A stretch of DNA of 64,000 bases. Source: an uncultured virus (IMG/VR IMGVR_UViG_3300021142_000034) (lineage: Duplodnaviria; Heunggongvirae; Uroviricota; Caudoviricetes). Made by a program: the position numbers and the translations under genes. Position 1 is the first letter of the stretch. Every line of letters begins with the position of its first letter. Location of the stretch: IMG/VR virus record IMGVR_UViG_3300021142_000034; one strand, given 5' to 3'. The notes under the pieces are model-generated. The model did no database searches, had not been told where the DNA came from, and saw only the letters and a program-made list of their open reading frames with translations. Below, one piece after another: positions 9,112 through 17,781 of this stretch.

Positions 9112-9918
9112 TTTTAGTAACGACTGACCGGCTTTAAAAGTGCCGTGTTCTTTGTGATGATCGTTGAAGTCAAAGCCAATGGTATCGCTTATCCAATATG
9201 GAAAGCCTATATCCTTGGCTGTTTTTTCGCCCGTTAAACTGACGTCATTATCGGCAACCACAAAACCACTAGATAATGTTCTGGATATTTTCAGCATATT
9301 ACCGGCTGAGAAACAAACATAAATCTTGTATCTGGTTTTAAATGACTTCAGGCATTTTCTAATACTCAGTGCTGTAGCATAACCCTCGCACAATATATTC
9401 ATACCCTTATTATCGAATATGAACGAAGCATTAGAAGTTACTTGACCGAATAGAAACTTCTTCTGTCCGTCTGGGGTAATCATCTGGCAGCCGACCAAGG
9501 ATCCGTCTATCCTCATGGGTATCACGAGAATCTGTACTCCGTCTTTTACCCATACCTTGCCGTACTCATCCTCAAAACCTTTGGCTTTGAGATAGTCGTG
9601 CTTGGCATCTTGGCACTGGTTGAGAATCCATGCCGCTTTGTTGGCAGCTTCTTTGTGGTTTTCGTTGGTCTTGTCCTGTGCTATTTTGGCTTGCCTGGCT
9701 AGTGACTTGATGTTTATGCCTGTGTCGTCTTCTGACTTCCAGATAGAAACTTCTGTGTCTGTAGCATGGTTTTGAACAAAGCCTATGTTACCCATCCACT
9801 TGACTGCGCCGTTGCGCTTTTTAGGGTGGTCTGAAGTGGGATAGCGCCTCCATGTTCCTAATGGTGGCGGCTGGTCAATGATGATGCCGTGTGCTTTAGC
9901 AAAACTGATGAAGTCCAT
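9091..9918 (-). CDS. Toprim-domain DNA primase
   Basis: HDYLKAKG, LVIPMR, KKFLFG, LCEGYATALS, VVADND, DFND motifs. Confidence 0.88.
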   Translation of the reverse strand: MDFISFAKAHGIIIDQPPPLGTWRRYPTSDHPKKRNGAVKWMGNIGFVQNHATDTEVSIWKSEDDTGINIKSLARQAKIAQDKTNENHKEAANKAAWILNQCQDAKHDYLKAKGFEDEYGKVWVKDGVQILVIPMRIDGSLVGCQMITPDGQKKFLFGQVTSNASFIFDNKGMNILCEGYATALSIRKCLKSFKTRYKIYVCFSAGNMLKISRTLSSGFVVADNDVSLTGEKTAKDIGFPYWISDTIGFDFNDHHKEHGTFKAGQSLLKSITAHA

Positions 9919-9989
9919 TATTTCCCCCTCGCTCGGATTGCTTCAGCACACCAACTGGCTTGTTCTGGTGTTTGCAAGTGAAATATCAA
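9918..9989 (-). pseudogene. 23-aa fragment of the AIRARG micro-gene family
   Basis: TTG-started (L)IFHLQTPEQASWCAEAIRARGK; coupled to methylase stop and primase start. Confidence 0.45.
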
Positions 9990-10660
9990 AACATTGGCTC
10001 CTGAATGTGTTTTGTTGGTTCAATGAACATATCCACTTGCTTGGATGCTTGCTCAATGCGTTTGCAAGCAATGTCGAAATATTTGGGTTCGCGCTCAATT
10101 CCAATAAACTTTCGCCCCATTTGAATTGCTGCTACGCCTGTTGTTCCGCTGCCCATGAAAGGGTCAAGAATTGTTTCGGCTTTTGGACATAGTTCAATTA
10201 CCCATTTCATAACACCCAAAGGTTTTTGCGTTGGATGTTGACGTTCTTCATTGCCTTGACGAATCATTCCATTCCATCGCCATTGCAAACGTCTTACGGC
10301 TTTGGGCCAATTTGTCCAGCAAAGTTCACAATCAGCAAAATCGCTGTCGCCGTTTAATTTGTCCCAAATAAGCCAACAAGATGTTGGTGGTAGCTTGAAA
10401 TAATTGCCACCAAAAAACGCTTGAAATTGTCCTTTTGTTCTTATCAATTCAATCAATTCATCAGCGGGAGGTGATTTATCCCAATCAAAATGTCCGTAAT
10501 CTTTGGGAATTGCCAACTTTACGCGACTTGCCACTTTTTTGCTGTTCTCATTTATTCCATACGGCGGGTCAGTAATCACCGCATCCACCTTGCCTAAGGT
10601 TTGCAGAATGTCCATGCAATCACCCAAGTAAAGCGTTGCATCACCAATTTGTACTTTCAT
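9986..10660 (-). CDS. DNA methyltransferase (N6-adenine/N4-cytosine, beta class)
   Basis: LGDC, VITDPPY, HPTQKP, ILDPFMGSGTTG, IGIERE. Confidence 0.93.
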   Translation of the reverse strand: MKVQIGDATLYLGDCMDILQTLGKVDAVITDPPYGINENSKKVASRVKLAIPKDYGHFDWDKSPPADELIELIRTKGQFQAFFGGNYFKLPPTSCWLIWDKLNGDSDFADCELCWTNWPKAVRRLQWRWNGMIRQGNEERQHPTQKPLGVMKWVIELCPKAETILDPFMGSGTTGVAAIQMGRKFIGIEREPKYFDIACKRIEQASKQVDMFIEPTKHIQEPMF

Positions 10661-10923
10661 TTGATAACCCCAATCATGCGTAAAGCGGCGTCAACGTCAT
10701 TAACTCTCGCCAAGGTACCCCCAGACCAATTCTTAAAAAAGTCCTCTTGTAGCCCTGTTAAACGCGCTTTAGAGCCATTTTTAACCTCAACCAAGAAAGT
10801 GTGATTCCGAAAGCCAACAAGCAGATCAACTGGCAAGCCAATAATCCAGACATACGCACCGGCTTTTCGTAGCGCTTCCACGATCTTGGTTTGGTTTTCG
10901 TCAATCCTAGCGGCTCGCCTCAT
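10657..10923 (-). CDS. VRR-NUC-like PD-(D/E)xK nuclease / resolvase, paralogue 1
   Basis: VDLLVG...LVEVK...LTGLQEDF. Confidence 0.75.
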   Translation of the reverse strand: MRRAARIDENQTKIVEALRKAGAYVWIIGLPVDLLVGFRNHTFLVEVKNGSKARLTGLQEDFFKNWSGGTLARVNDVDAALRMIGVIK

Positions 10924-11216
10924 GCTTTACCCCTTGCTCGAATTGCGTTAGCGATTTCATCCGCAGTATCCACCTCGTTGCCTGAATAACCCCAAGCGTA
11001 TTTATCGCTAATTTTGTCAGCCACTTTAGCGCAGGCTTCACGTTCCTCTGCAACTGCTCGCCTTGCAATGTCTACTGCATGGACTGCAAACTCTTCACGC
11101 TCTTTCGCTATTGCCAGCTCTGTATAACGCTCCAGCCACAGCAAGTCTTTCTCCTGAGCAATTTCAATTAACGCACCAGCTTTTCGTCCTATCTGTAAGA
11201 TTTCTTCTCGTGTCAT
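10920..11216 (-). CDS. Hypothetical protein, EREACAK/AIRARG family
   Basis: Motifs shared with adjacent paralogues; ATGA coupling. Confidence 0.75.
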   Translation of the reverse strand: MTREEILQIGRKAGALIEIAQEKDLLWLERYTELAIAKEREEFAVHAVDIARRAVAEEREACAKVADKISDKYAWGYSGNEVDTADEIANAIRARGKA

Positions 11217-11500
11217 GCTTGTCCCCTTGCTCGTATGATTTCAGCGGGTTCATGGGGTTCGTAGAAACCTATGCCGTTGTCTCTGTTGTCAAACAACTTT
11301 GCACACGCCTCACGCTCTTTAGCTGCTACCAGTTTGGCAAATGCAACAATTTTAGCCTTGCATGCTTTACGTTCTTCTTCAGCACCAAGCTGTTTCAATC
11401 TGTCGCAAAGTGCGATAAAGCCAACAACGTTGAAGTCGCCGTCATGTCCAGCCACTTTGCAAACTCGCAAGATGTCCATTTGGATTTCGCGTTCTGTCAT
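11213..11500 (-). CDS. Hypothetical protein, EREACAK/IRARG family
   Basis: Start MTEREI at 11500; FAKLVAAKEREACAK...IIRARGQA. Confidence 0.7.
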   Translation of the reverse strand: MTEREIQMDILRVCKVAGHDGDFNVVGFIALCDRLKQLGAEEERKACKAKIVAFAKLVAAKEREACAKLFDNRDNGIGFYEPHEPAEIIRARGQA

Positions 11501-11568
11501 TTGCGTGCCCCCATTCCCTTTTTGTATGCGATGTTCATTTGGGCTCGTGCAAAGTCGATGAAACTCAT
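11497..11568 (-). pseudogene. 23-aa ORF resembling the primase N-terminus
   Basis: MSFIDFARAQ versus primase MDFISFAKAH; ATGA-coupled on both sides. Confidence 0.45.
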
Positions 11569-11795
11569 GCCTGCCCCCTTGCTCGGATTGCTGCGGCACA
11601 TTCTTTGCCAAACATGTGCTCTGCCACGTTTGATGATTCAGACTCACACAATTTAGCACACGCCTCACGCTCATGTTGTGCTACCAGTTTGGCAAAGCGT
11701 TCAAACACAGGCAACAAATCTCTTTCAACCCATGTCATATGGTCAAACATAGCGCCAGCCTGTCTAGCCATCTCAATGATTTCTTCATCAGTCAT
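11565..11795 (-). CDS. Hypothetical protein, EREACAK/AIRARG family
   Basis: MTDEEIIEMARQAG...FERFAKLV...CAAAIRARGQA. Confidence 0.75.
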   Translation of the reverse strand: MTDEEIIEMARQAGAMFDHMTWVERDLLPVFERFAKLVAQHEREACAKLCESESSNVAEHMFGKECAAAIRARGQA

Positions 11796-14179
11796 CTTTT
11801 ACCCCTTATAGATTTAATGTACTGTTTCAGTTTGTTGTCTACGAATCTGGATACTTCTGTGCTTGGAGTCATGAGCTTTGTGGCATCTAATCCTCTAGGC
11901 CATACCCCAAACTTCTCCCTGTAGGTGTGCGCCATCCTGCCGTCTGACCATGCGTTGTACTTCTTGTAATACTGCATCATTGACCAAAAGTCCTGTTTGC
12001 TTACGCCGCCCATCGTTCCCGACAGCTCATGCAATTCACCAGATACGTCAATGACTTTGTTCTTCTTCTCCCGCACAAAACCGCAAGCATGGCACGTATC
12101 CCCGCCCGTCCACAATGCGCTGCACCTTGGGCATTTGCTTGCCTCTTTCTCCTTTTTCGTTGGTTCTTTCTTTGCCTTTTCTCTTCCGTCATCTAGCGCA
12201 TGTACGCCGTTGGAGTAGACATCTTCCCAGTCTTGTCTGAAACGAATGTAATTGCCGCTGTGGTCAAGCCAGACGCCATACTCTTTGCCTGGGTGACCAC
12301 GCATGACACGGCCAAGCTGTTGTATGTGGCTTGATAGTGATTTGCTAAACGGTCTGGCTGATACACCGATCATGACGTCAGAGCAGTTATGAATCAGGAG
12401 GCCTTCGCAAGTAAAGCAATTTCTGGGACCGCAGTTGAGTATGTCCCATACACGCCCTTTGGCTTGTCTGATGGAAGATGGAATCTCTCGATGATCTGCT
12501 GGTCGCTGAGGCCGTAGCCCATCAAATTTCTGAGGGTCTTGTCTGCGTATTTGATCTCTGGATAATTTAGACGAAACAAATGAAATCGCTCTACATACTT
12601 GCTTCGACGCGTATGAGAGTTGTTCTCTTGCCGAGTTGACCAACGTAGATTTCCAGGTTCGTAATGACCATTGTTGTTGATCCTGTCCAGATGTATGTTG
12701 ATTGATATTTTTTCTGGTATTCCAATATTCTTCTTTATCCATTGCGCCGCCAGTCTTGGACTGCTGAACATGAAGCGAATTCCTCGTCCGCCATAATCCC
12801 GATAAGACGGATGCAATGGATTCGTGCATCTGTCTTTCTGCGCCTTGCATCGACGAACAAGCCACTGTGGAGCAGCGCAATCCGAACAACCAGCCCATTG
12901 AGGCGCATACAACATGGAAATAAGCACCAATTCCAAGCGGCCACAATCCAGACACTCGCACATCAGTTGCTCTTTGTTGGTCTGTCTGTTGGCAAGATAG
13001 ACCAAAGGAGAACTGACCTTCATGTTCTTGAATCGCTTGCCCACCATTTCCGGTTTTAATGATTGGAATTCCACGTCTCGCACATTCACCAAATTCAATC
13101 CATCCTTGTGCTGTTTTGACTTTGTGATCTGGGGTGGCTGTAAGTCCGGCGTATGTGATGACATCTCTCACTCCTTTGTAAATAACACCATGATGGGAAA
13201 CAAACTCCACACCATCCCATATCTTATCATTTAACGAAATTTGGTCAATGGCAACAAGTCCTCTTTCAGTCAGGACACGAGATCCCTCCAGAACACAATC
13301 AAACCCCTTGGTTAAGATGTCCGTAGCAATGAGCCCATGAATATCTGTATCGGCTTTGGCAAAGTCTTTGATGACATCTTCTTTGAATTCACCATCGTCT
13401 TTGTAGCTGATAGAGACAAAGTTATACCCGGCTGCTGCGAACTTCTTTTGTAGGTCTATGCCGTGCTCTACGCCAGAGCAGAAAACAATGGTCTTTCTGG
13501 GCTTGCCAAATATCTCATGCGTCTTCTTAATCCACTCGGCAACTATGTCGCCTGTGATTTTCATGCCCCTGTCTGTGGCGTCCGCTTGTGACCACTCGCC
13601 TGCGACCTTGGTAGCCCCTTCCATGTCGATCTCTTTTGCGATGTATACCTTTAAAGGCACCAGCACCTTGTCGTCAACCAGTTGCTTGGTTGTGACTGTA
13701 GAGATAACGTTGTCGTAGATTTTCCCTAAACCTTTGGTGAAGGGCGTAGCAGATAAGCCGACAACTTTAACGTCTGGATTGTTCTTGATGAATTCGACTG
13801 TCTTGGCTCTTGTCTGATGCGCCTCATCGACGATCAAGAGCTTGAGATCAGGTAGTTCTTTCCTGCGCTCAAGTGTTTGAGCTGAACATATCTGTATTCG
13901 TTCGGCTGGTCGGTTCCTCCAGTGCCCCGCCATCAGCACGCCGTGGTCTATGTTGTACTTGTCCAGTCGTTCGCTTGTTTGGTTACATAGAACGATCCTG
14001 TCAAGAATCATTGCCGATCTGTTTAACTTCTTTTTGGTAGCCTCAAGCAGTGCAATTGCCATTTCTGTCTTGCCGCCGCCTGTGCCGAGGTAGAGCATTT
14101 GCGCCCTGTGCCCTGCTGCGAATCCCTCGCGCAGCTTCTCTAAGCCATCTTGCTGATAGCTTCTCAATTCGAGTCCCAT
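11792..14179 (-). CDS. Superfamily 2 (DEAH) helicase with C-terminal Zn ribbon, intein-containing
   Basis: ELRSYQ, TGGGKT, IVDEAH, LSATP, LTKGFD-[intein]-CSDV, QQLGRVMR, CPRC..CHAC; GGAG SD before ATG 14179. Confidence 0.93.
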   Translation of the reverse strand: MGLELRSYQQDGLEKLREGFAAGHRAQMLYLGTGGGKTEMAIALLEATKKKLNRSAMILDRIVLCNQTSERLDKYNIDHGVLMAGHWRNRPAERIQICSAQTLERRKELPDLKLLIVDEAHQTRAKTVEFIKNNPDVKVVGLSATPFTKGLGKIYDNVISTVTTKQLVDDKVLVPLKVYIAKEIDMEGATKVAGEWSQADATDRGMKITGDIVAEWIKKTHEIFGKPRKTIVFCSGVEHGIDLQKKFAAAGYNFVSISYKDDGEFKEDVIKDFAKADTDIHGLIATDILTKGFDCVLEGSRVLTERGLVAIDQISLNDKIWDGVEFVSHHGVIYKGVRDVITYAGLTATPDHKVKTAQGWIEFGECARRGIPIIKTGNGGQAIQEHEGQFSFGLSCQQTDQQRATDVRVSGLWPLGIGAYFHVVCASMGWLFGLRCSTVACSSMQGAERQMHESIASVLSGLWRTRNSLHVQQSKTGGAMDKEEYWNTRKNINQHTSGQDQQQWSLRTWKSTLVNSAREQLSYASKQVCRAISFVSSKLSRDQIRRQDPQKFDGLRPQRPADHREIPSSIRQAKGRVWDILNCGPRNCFTCEGLLIHNCSDVMIGVSARPFSKSLSSHIQQLGRVMRGHPGKEYGVWLDHSGNYIRFRQDWEDVYSNGVHALDDGREKAKKEPTKKEKEASKCPRCSALWTGGDTCHACGFVREKKNKVIDVSGELHELSGTMGGVSKQDFWSMMQYYKKYNAWSDGRMAHTYREKFGVWPRGLDATKLMTPSTEVSRFVDNKLKQYIKSIRGKR
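12386..13297 (-). mobile_element. Intein (304 aa) in helicase motif V
   Basis: Block A CVLEGSRV, block B TATPDHKV, block F VWDI, block G LLIHN followed by +1 Cys; removal restores KGFD|CSDV. Confidence 0.92.
12394..13164 (-). CDS. HNH-family homing endonuclease overprinted in the +1 frame inside the intein
   Basis: AAAGGAG SD 6 nt before ATG; GKRF, CECLDCG, CSDC, RCTNP..SYRDYGGRGI, LDRINNNGHYEPGNLRWST. Confidence 0.85.
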   Translation of the reverse strand: MSSHTPDLQPPQITKSKQHKDGLNLVNVRDVEFQSLKPEMVGKRFKNMKVSSPLVYLANRQTNKEQLMCECLDCGRLELVLISMLYAPQWAGCSDCAAPQWLVRRCKAQKDRCTNPLHPSYRDYGGRGIRFMFSSPRLAAQWIKKNIGIPEKISINIHLDRINNNGHYEPGNLRWSTRQENNSHTRRSKYVERFHLFRLNYPEIKYADKTLRNLMGYGLSDQQIIERFHLPSDKPKGVYGTYSTAVPEIALLAKAS

Positions 14180-14218
14180 ATACTTCTCCACTACCGGGAA
14201 AGCCCCCGGCTTGGCTTA

Positions 14219-15037
14219 TTAAACTGTTTGTAGTTTCTTGATTTTCTTCTCAAGATATTTGACTTGCTTCATCAGCTCTGCGTTTTGCGTCTGATAGCTG
14301 TCCCGTGATTTCTTCACGCCGTCTAGTTCAATCTCCAGCACCCTGACCTGCTCTCGCAGTTCGTTGATCTGCTTTTCTGCATACTCCGGGTCTGCTGCCA
14401 GTTTGATCGTGAGCTTGTCTTCTAACCTTTGGTTCTCTTTGGATAACTGGTCTATAGCCTCGTGAGCCTGCTCCAGATCGAATGAAAGCTCAGGCTTGAC
14501 TTCTTCCTTGGGCTCTTCTTTGGGCTGCTCTTTCTTTGCCAGCTTCTTGCCAGGGTTGTTTCTCTCACGCACTTCGCCTTCATTGTCTACGTACTTGATC
14601 TTCTTTGGCTCTTCTCCTCGGCGCATCTTGGCTACGAATGGAACAGATACATCACACAGCTCTGCTATTTTTGCGCTTGAGAATGTTGACCACTCTACGT
14701 GTTTTAAACAGATGTTGACTGCGTTTCTCTTGTCCTCAATAGTTCTGGGTTTGCCGTGTTTGGAGTTGGCTTTCAGAGCATAGAGGATCGCTTCTGTCAG
14801 TGTGCCGTTAATGACTTCAGCTTCTATGCCGTGACGGGCTAGTTTTTTGACTGCAAAGTAGCGGTGAAAGCCGTCTGCTAAGTAGTAATGCACGCCGTCA
14901 TGGAAAAGTACGATGAGCGGGAACTCATCTCCACGGCTCATGCTATCTGCATAATCATCAACCAGGTCTTGGTCGATCTTTGTTCTGATCTGCGTGCCGC
15001 AGTCAATCCTAATCTTGTTCAGTGATACTAATTTCAT
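14219..15037 (-). CDS. ParB/Sulfiredoxin-like N-terminal domain protein with HTH and coiled coil
   Basis: YYLADGFHRYFA, ANSKHG..RT.EDKR, SSAKIAELCDVSVPFV. Confidence 0.85.
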   Translation of the reverse strand: MKLVSLNKIRIDCGTQIRTKIDQDLVDDYADSMSRGDEFPLIVLFHDGVHYYLADGFHRYFAVKKLARHGIEAEVINGTLTEAILYALKANSKHGKPRTIEDKRNAVNICLKHVEWSTFSSAKIAELCDVSVPFVAKMRRGEEPKKIKYVDNEGEVRERNNPGKKLAKKEQPKEEPKEEVKPELSFDLEQAHEAIDQLSKENQRLEDKLTIKLAADPEYAEKQINELREQVRVLEIELDGVKKSRDSYQTQNAELMKQVKYLEKKIKKLQTV

Positions 15038-15039
15038 GG

Positions 15040-15198
15040 TTATTCCTCTTCACAATTCTCACAACCCGGATGGTCTGGGTCTTGGCAGTCTGGATGCGCC
15101 ATATAAGCGCTAGACCTTTTCTTTTGAGCAAATGCTGCCCATCGTATGTAGTCTTGTTCTATTTCTTCGTATGTCGCCCTTTCATGGTCTTGTCTCAT
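15040..15198 (-). CDS. 52-aa hypothetical Cys/His protein
   Basis: ATGA coupling; C-terminal HPDCQDPDHPGCENC. Confidence 0.65.
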   Translation of the reverse strand: MRQDHERATYEEIEQDYIRWAAFAQKKRSSAYMAHPDCQDPDHPGCENCEEE

Positions 15199-15539
15199 TT
15201 ATTGCGCTCTTTAAGTTTAATGTTGATGATTGAGTAAATGGCGTAGGCTTTAACTTTATCTATGCCATCTCCAAATGCGTTCCATACTTCTTCATCTGAT
15301 AGTCCATTCCATTCTTTAGGTTTTTTTAGCTCCCTGTTTTGATTCATCACGTCTTGAAGCATCTTGAGATACTCTTTCTGCCTTTGCTCCATCACGCTGA
15401 CCACTCTTTCAAAGCGAGCCATGTTTGCCTGCATGTCGGTGCGAATCATGGAGGCTTCGTACCATATAAAGTCTGGATTAATTCCTTCTGATACGTAACT
15501 TTCTTTGATCTCGAATCGCTTAAGTTCTTCGGGTTTCAT
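15195..15539 (-). CDS. Hypothetical protein with WxGLxDEE module
   Basis: EWNGLSDEE...KLKERNK ending shared with paralogues. Confidence 0.7.
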   Translation of the reverse strand: MKPEELKRFEIKESYVSEGINPDFIWYEASMIRTDMQANMARFERVVSVMEQRQKEYLKMLQDVMNQNRELKKPKEWNGLSDEEVWNAFGDGIDKVKAYAIYSIINIKLKERNK

Positions 15540-16222
15540 GGCTTCTTTCCTTTAAGTTGGTTTAAAAAACTAACGGCATACTTGTTTTGATAATCCCCCT
15601 GAAAACGTTTTGTACCAAAGTGATCGCATGTGTACTTCACATCCAGATAACACTTAAAGCCCAGATCGTTGAGCTTTGTGCATAGGTGAATGTCTTCAGA
15701 TATAAGACCTCTTTCCTCAATGGTTACGTTGCAAATAAGCCGTCTTTTCTTGCCGTTGTCCCAGTACTCTGGGGCGCTGTCGTATATCGCCTTCATGGCT
15801 TTTCTGTTGAGCCTGAGATACCCCGTAGGTAGGTAGCGAACGTGCAGCAGCTTAAGAGTTGGATCCCATACGTGCTTATCGTCGTCTTCGGGTCTATGGC
15901 TGTATCTCTCGTTGTCTGTCTTCATCCTGGCTGTTAGACCTACTACGTCTACGGGATGGTCTATTAAGTCAAAGAAGGCTTGAGGATCAACGCATTGGTC
16001 TACGTCCATGAAGATGATGTCATCTGCTCCGCCTTCATAGGCATCACAAAACAGATTGTTTCTAGCCTTTTGAATGACTGCTTCGTACATCCAGTACTGA
16101 AGTCCCAAGTTAATGGTTGGTCGCTCTTTAGCCATTCTGGCAAATATGGTTACAAGGTTTAGGGTCTGGTCGCACACTACCTTGCCGTCATAGGATGGGC
16201 TGATGATTTGTATTTTTCTCAC
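15536..16222 (-). CDS. GT-A fold glycosyltransferase-like protein
   Basis: IISPSY, IQKARNNL, IIFMDVD (DxD), PTGYLRL, ISEDIHLC, CDHFG. Confidence 0.75.
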   Translation of the reverse strand: MRKIQIISPSYDGKVVCDQTLNLVTIFARMAKERPTINLGLQYWMYEAVIQKARNNLFCDAYEGGADDIIFMDVDQCVDPQAFFDLIDHPVDVVGLTARMKTDNERYSHRPEDDDKHVWDPTLKLLHVRYLPTGYLRLNRKAMKAIYDSAPEYWDNGKKRRLICNVTIEERGLISEDIHLCTKLNDLGFKCYLDVKYTCDHFGTKRFQGDYQNKYAVSFLNQLKGKKP

Positions 16223-16443
16223 TGTCTTTTCCTCAAAATAAGTCTGTTCTTTACTCTGTCTTCGGGATGATGTTCAACGTCAAAGATGTCGGCTTGTACT
16301 GCTAGTTCAAACAAATGAGGCCGCTCATCCCTGCCAGAAAACCAGCGCCTGATGGTTCGCGGGTCAACACCGATGAACCTGCCGACTTCCTGCTGGCTCA
16401 CGCCCTTGGCCTCAAAGTAAGCGCGCAGCTCGTCAGTTGTCAT
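16219..16443 (-). CDS. XRE/Cro-like HTH protein
   Basis: GVSQQEVGRFIGVDPRTIRRWFSG. Confidence 0.8.
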   Translation of the reverse strand: MTTDELRAYFEAKGVSQQEVGRFIGVDPRTIRRWFSGRDERPHLFELAVQADIFDVEHHPEDRVKNRLILRKRQ

Positions 16444-16676
16444 TCTTGCTCCTTCAGCCAGATTAAAAAGCTGTCTACCGTGGCGTCGTTAAACGGCATG
16501 GACTTAACCTTATCGGCTATCTCTTTGAAAGCCGTTGCCCTGCCCACAGCTACGCCGTCGTGAAAGTTATTCCAGTCTGGGTTAAATGGTTGCCCCTTGA
16601 TTGATTGCTTGACGGCTTCCTTGCGTACCTTGGATTCCATCTCAATACGGCTGAACTCTTCGTCTTCGGGTGTCAT
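16440..16676 (-). CDS. Hypothetical protein
   Basis: MTPEDEEFSRIE...MPFNDATVDSFLIWLKE; coupled. Confidence 0.7.
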   Translation of the reverse strand: MTPEDEEFSRIEMESKVRKEAVKQSIKGQPFNPDWNNFHDGVAVGRATAFKEIADKVKSMPFNDATVDSFLIWLKEQE

Positions 16677-16936
16677 GCTATTCCTTTCTGTGTGGGTGTG
16701 TATCTTGCGGTCGGATGCGGGGCATTTTCAGGAATGGGTATGCACATATAAACAGCCGAGTACTGTCCGCGCGGGGCTGTATCCCAGCGGTCGATGTAAA
16801 CGCCCCATACATTCTTAACGGCTTTGCGTATTGTTCTGCATGTGGTGTTTAACTGTGCCGCCAGCTCCTTTGCCTTTAAGCCGTCCTCACTGGCTAACAA
16901 AGCATCACGAATAAGCTGGTGCCTACTGAGTTGCAT
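16673..16936 (-). CDS. HTH-like hypothetical protein
   Basis: IRDALLASEDGLKAKELA...VYIDRW. Confidence 0.7.
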   Translation of the reverse strand: MQLSRHQLIRDALLASEDGLKAKELAAQLNTTCRTIRKAVKNVWGVYIDRWDTAPRGQYSAVYMCIPIPENAPHPTARYTPTQKGIA

Positions 16937-17138
16937 TTTTTTCCTTCAACTTGGCTTCGGTCAGTTTTACCGCCACAACTTCATCGCGCTTTGCATCGTA
17001 TGCAATGTCGATTCGCTCCTCATCCGTCAGGCCGACCCATTCACGCTCGGGCAAGTAAGTCATGGCAGACTCAATCGCACCGTTTATTTCAACAGCGACT
17101 CGCACTGTTTTTTCTCCAAACTGAATGTTGATGGTCAT
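16923..17138 (-). CDS. Hypothetical protein with WVGLTDEE module
   Basis: REWVGLTDEE...EAKLKEKN. Confidence 0.7.
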   Translation of the reverse strand: MTINIQFGEKTVRVAVEINGAIESAMTYLPEREWVGLTDEERIDIAYDAKRDEVVAVKLTEAKLKEKNATQ

Positions 17139-17356
17139 GTGTTCTTCTCCCCCTTGTCAAACCCCGCCATGAATCCTTTGTCCCATGCCTTTGCCCAGCA
17201 AATGCACCACAGGTCATAGTAACCACGGTTAAGCGGGAAACCAAAGCCTTCTTCTGAAAACATGGCCTTTACATCTTTGCGCTTTATGAACGCCTCCCAT
17301 GATTTATCTCGTTCACGGTTCATCAGTGGCACATCATCAAACAGTCCTTTATTCAT
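17135..17356 (-). CDS. Hypothetical protein
   Basis: 73 aa, ATGA-coupled, AAGGAG SD. Confidence 0.7.
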   Translation of the reverse strand: MNKGLFDDVPLMNRERDKSWEAFIKRKDVKAMFSEEGFGFPLNRGYYDLWCICWAKAWDKGFMAGFDKGEKNT

Positions 17357-17781
17357 GTGTTCTTACTCCTTAATTTGGCTTCAAGTGACCTAAAGACGGG
17401 CATCAAATGAGGTGCGACATTACTTTCATGCCACCGATGCTTCTTGGCTGTTTTCTTAATCTCCTCATCCGTCAACCCTACCCAAGTGCGCTTTGGTGGC
17501 AACATCCTTTGAACATCGCCGCACATTACTTTGATTGCGTTATAGCCTTCTGAATCATTACGGTCTGCAAGTTCGTATGCTTCTTGCATGATGCGTACTC
17601 GTATTGGTTCAAAATCTTTGTTGTTCATCCACGCCACAGGCTCACCCTGCTCTTGCTTTGGCTGTGCCAAGGCCATGCCTCCAACAACGTCAATCAGCCT
17701 TTTGATCTCAGCCACCAGCGCGGCTGTTGTTTCCACATCCACCGGAACCACGGCGCCGGGGAATAGCCATTCTTCTTTCAT
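17353..17781 (-). CDS. Hypothetical protein with EPVAW and WVGLTDEE modules
   Basis: EQGEPVAW...TWVGLTDEEI...EAKLRSKNT. Confidence 0.75.
   Translation of the reverse strand: MKEEWLFPGAVVPVDVETTAALVAEIKRLIDVVGGMALAQPKQEQGEPVAWMNNKDFEPIRVRIMQEAYELADRNDSEGYNAIKVMCGDVQRMLPPKRTWVGLTDEEIKKTAKKHRWHESNVAPHLMPVFRSLEAKLRSKNT

Noticed and set aside
12735..13059. Third-frame and antisense ORFs inside the intein
   Set aside because: Short, with no SD or motifs; only the +1 HNH frame is supported
14180..14221. Read-through fusion of the ParB-like gene to the helicase (same frame, hairpin between)
   Set aside because: Two consecutive TAA stops, and the helicase has its own GGAG SD; the CCGGG/CCCGG hairpin alone is weak evidence
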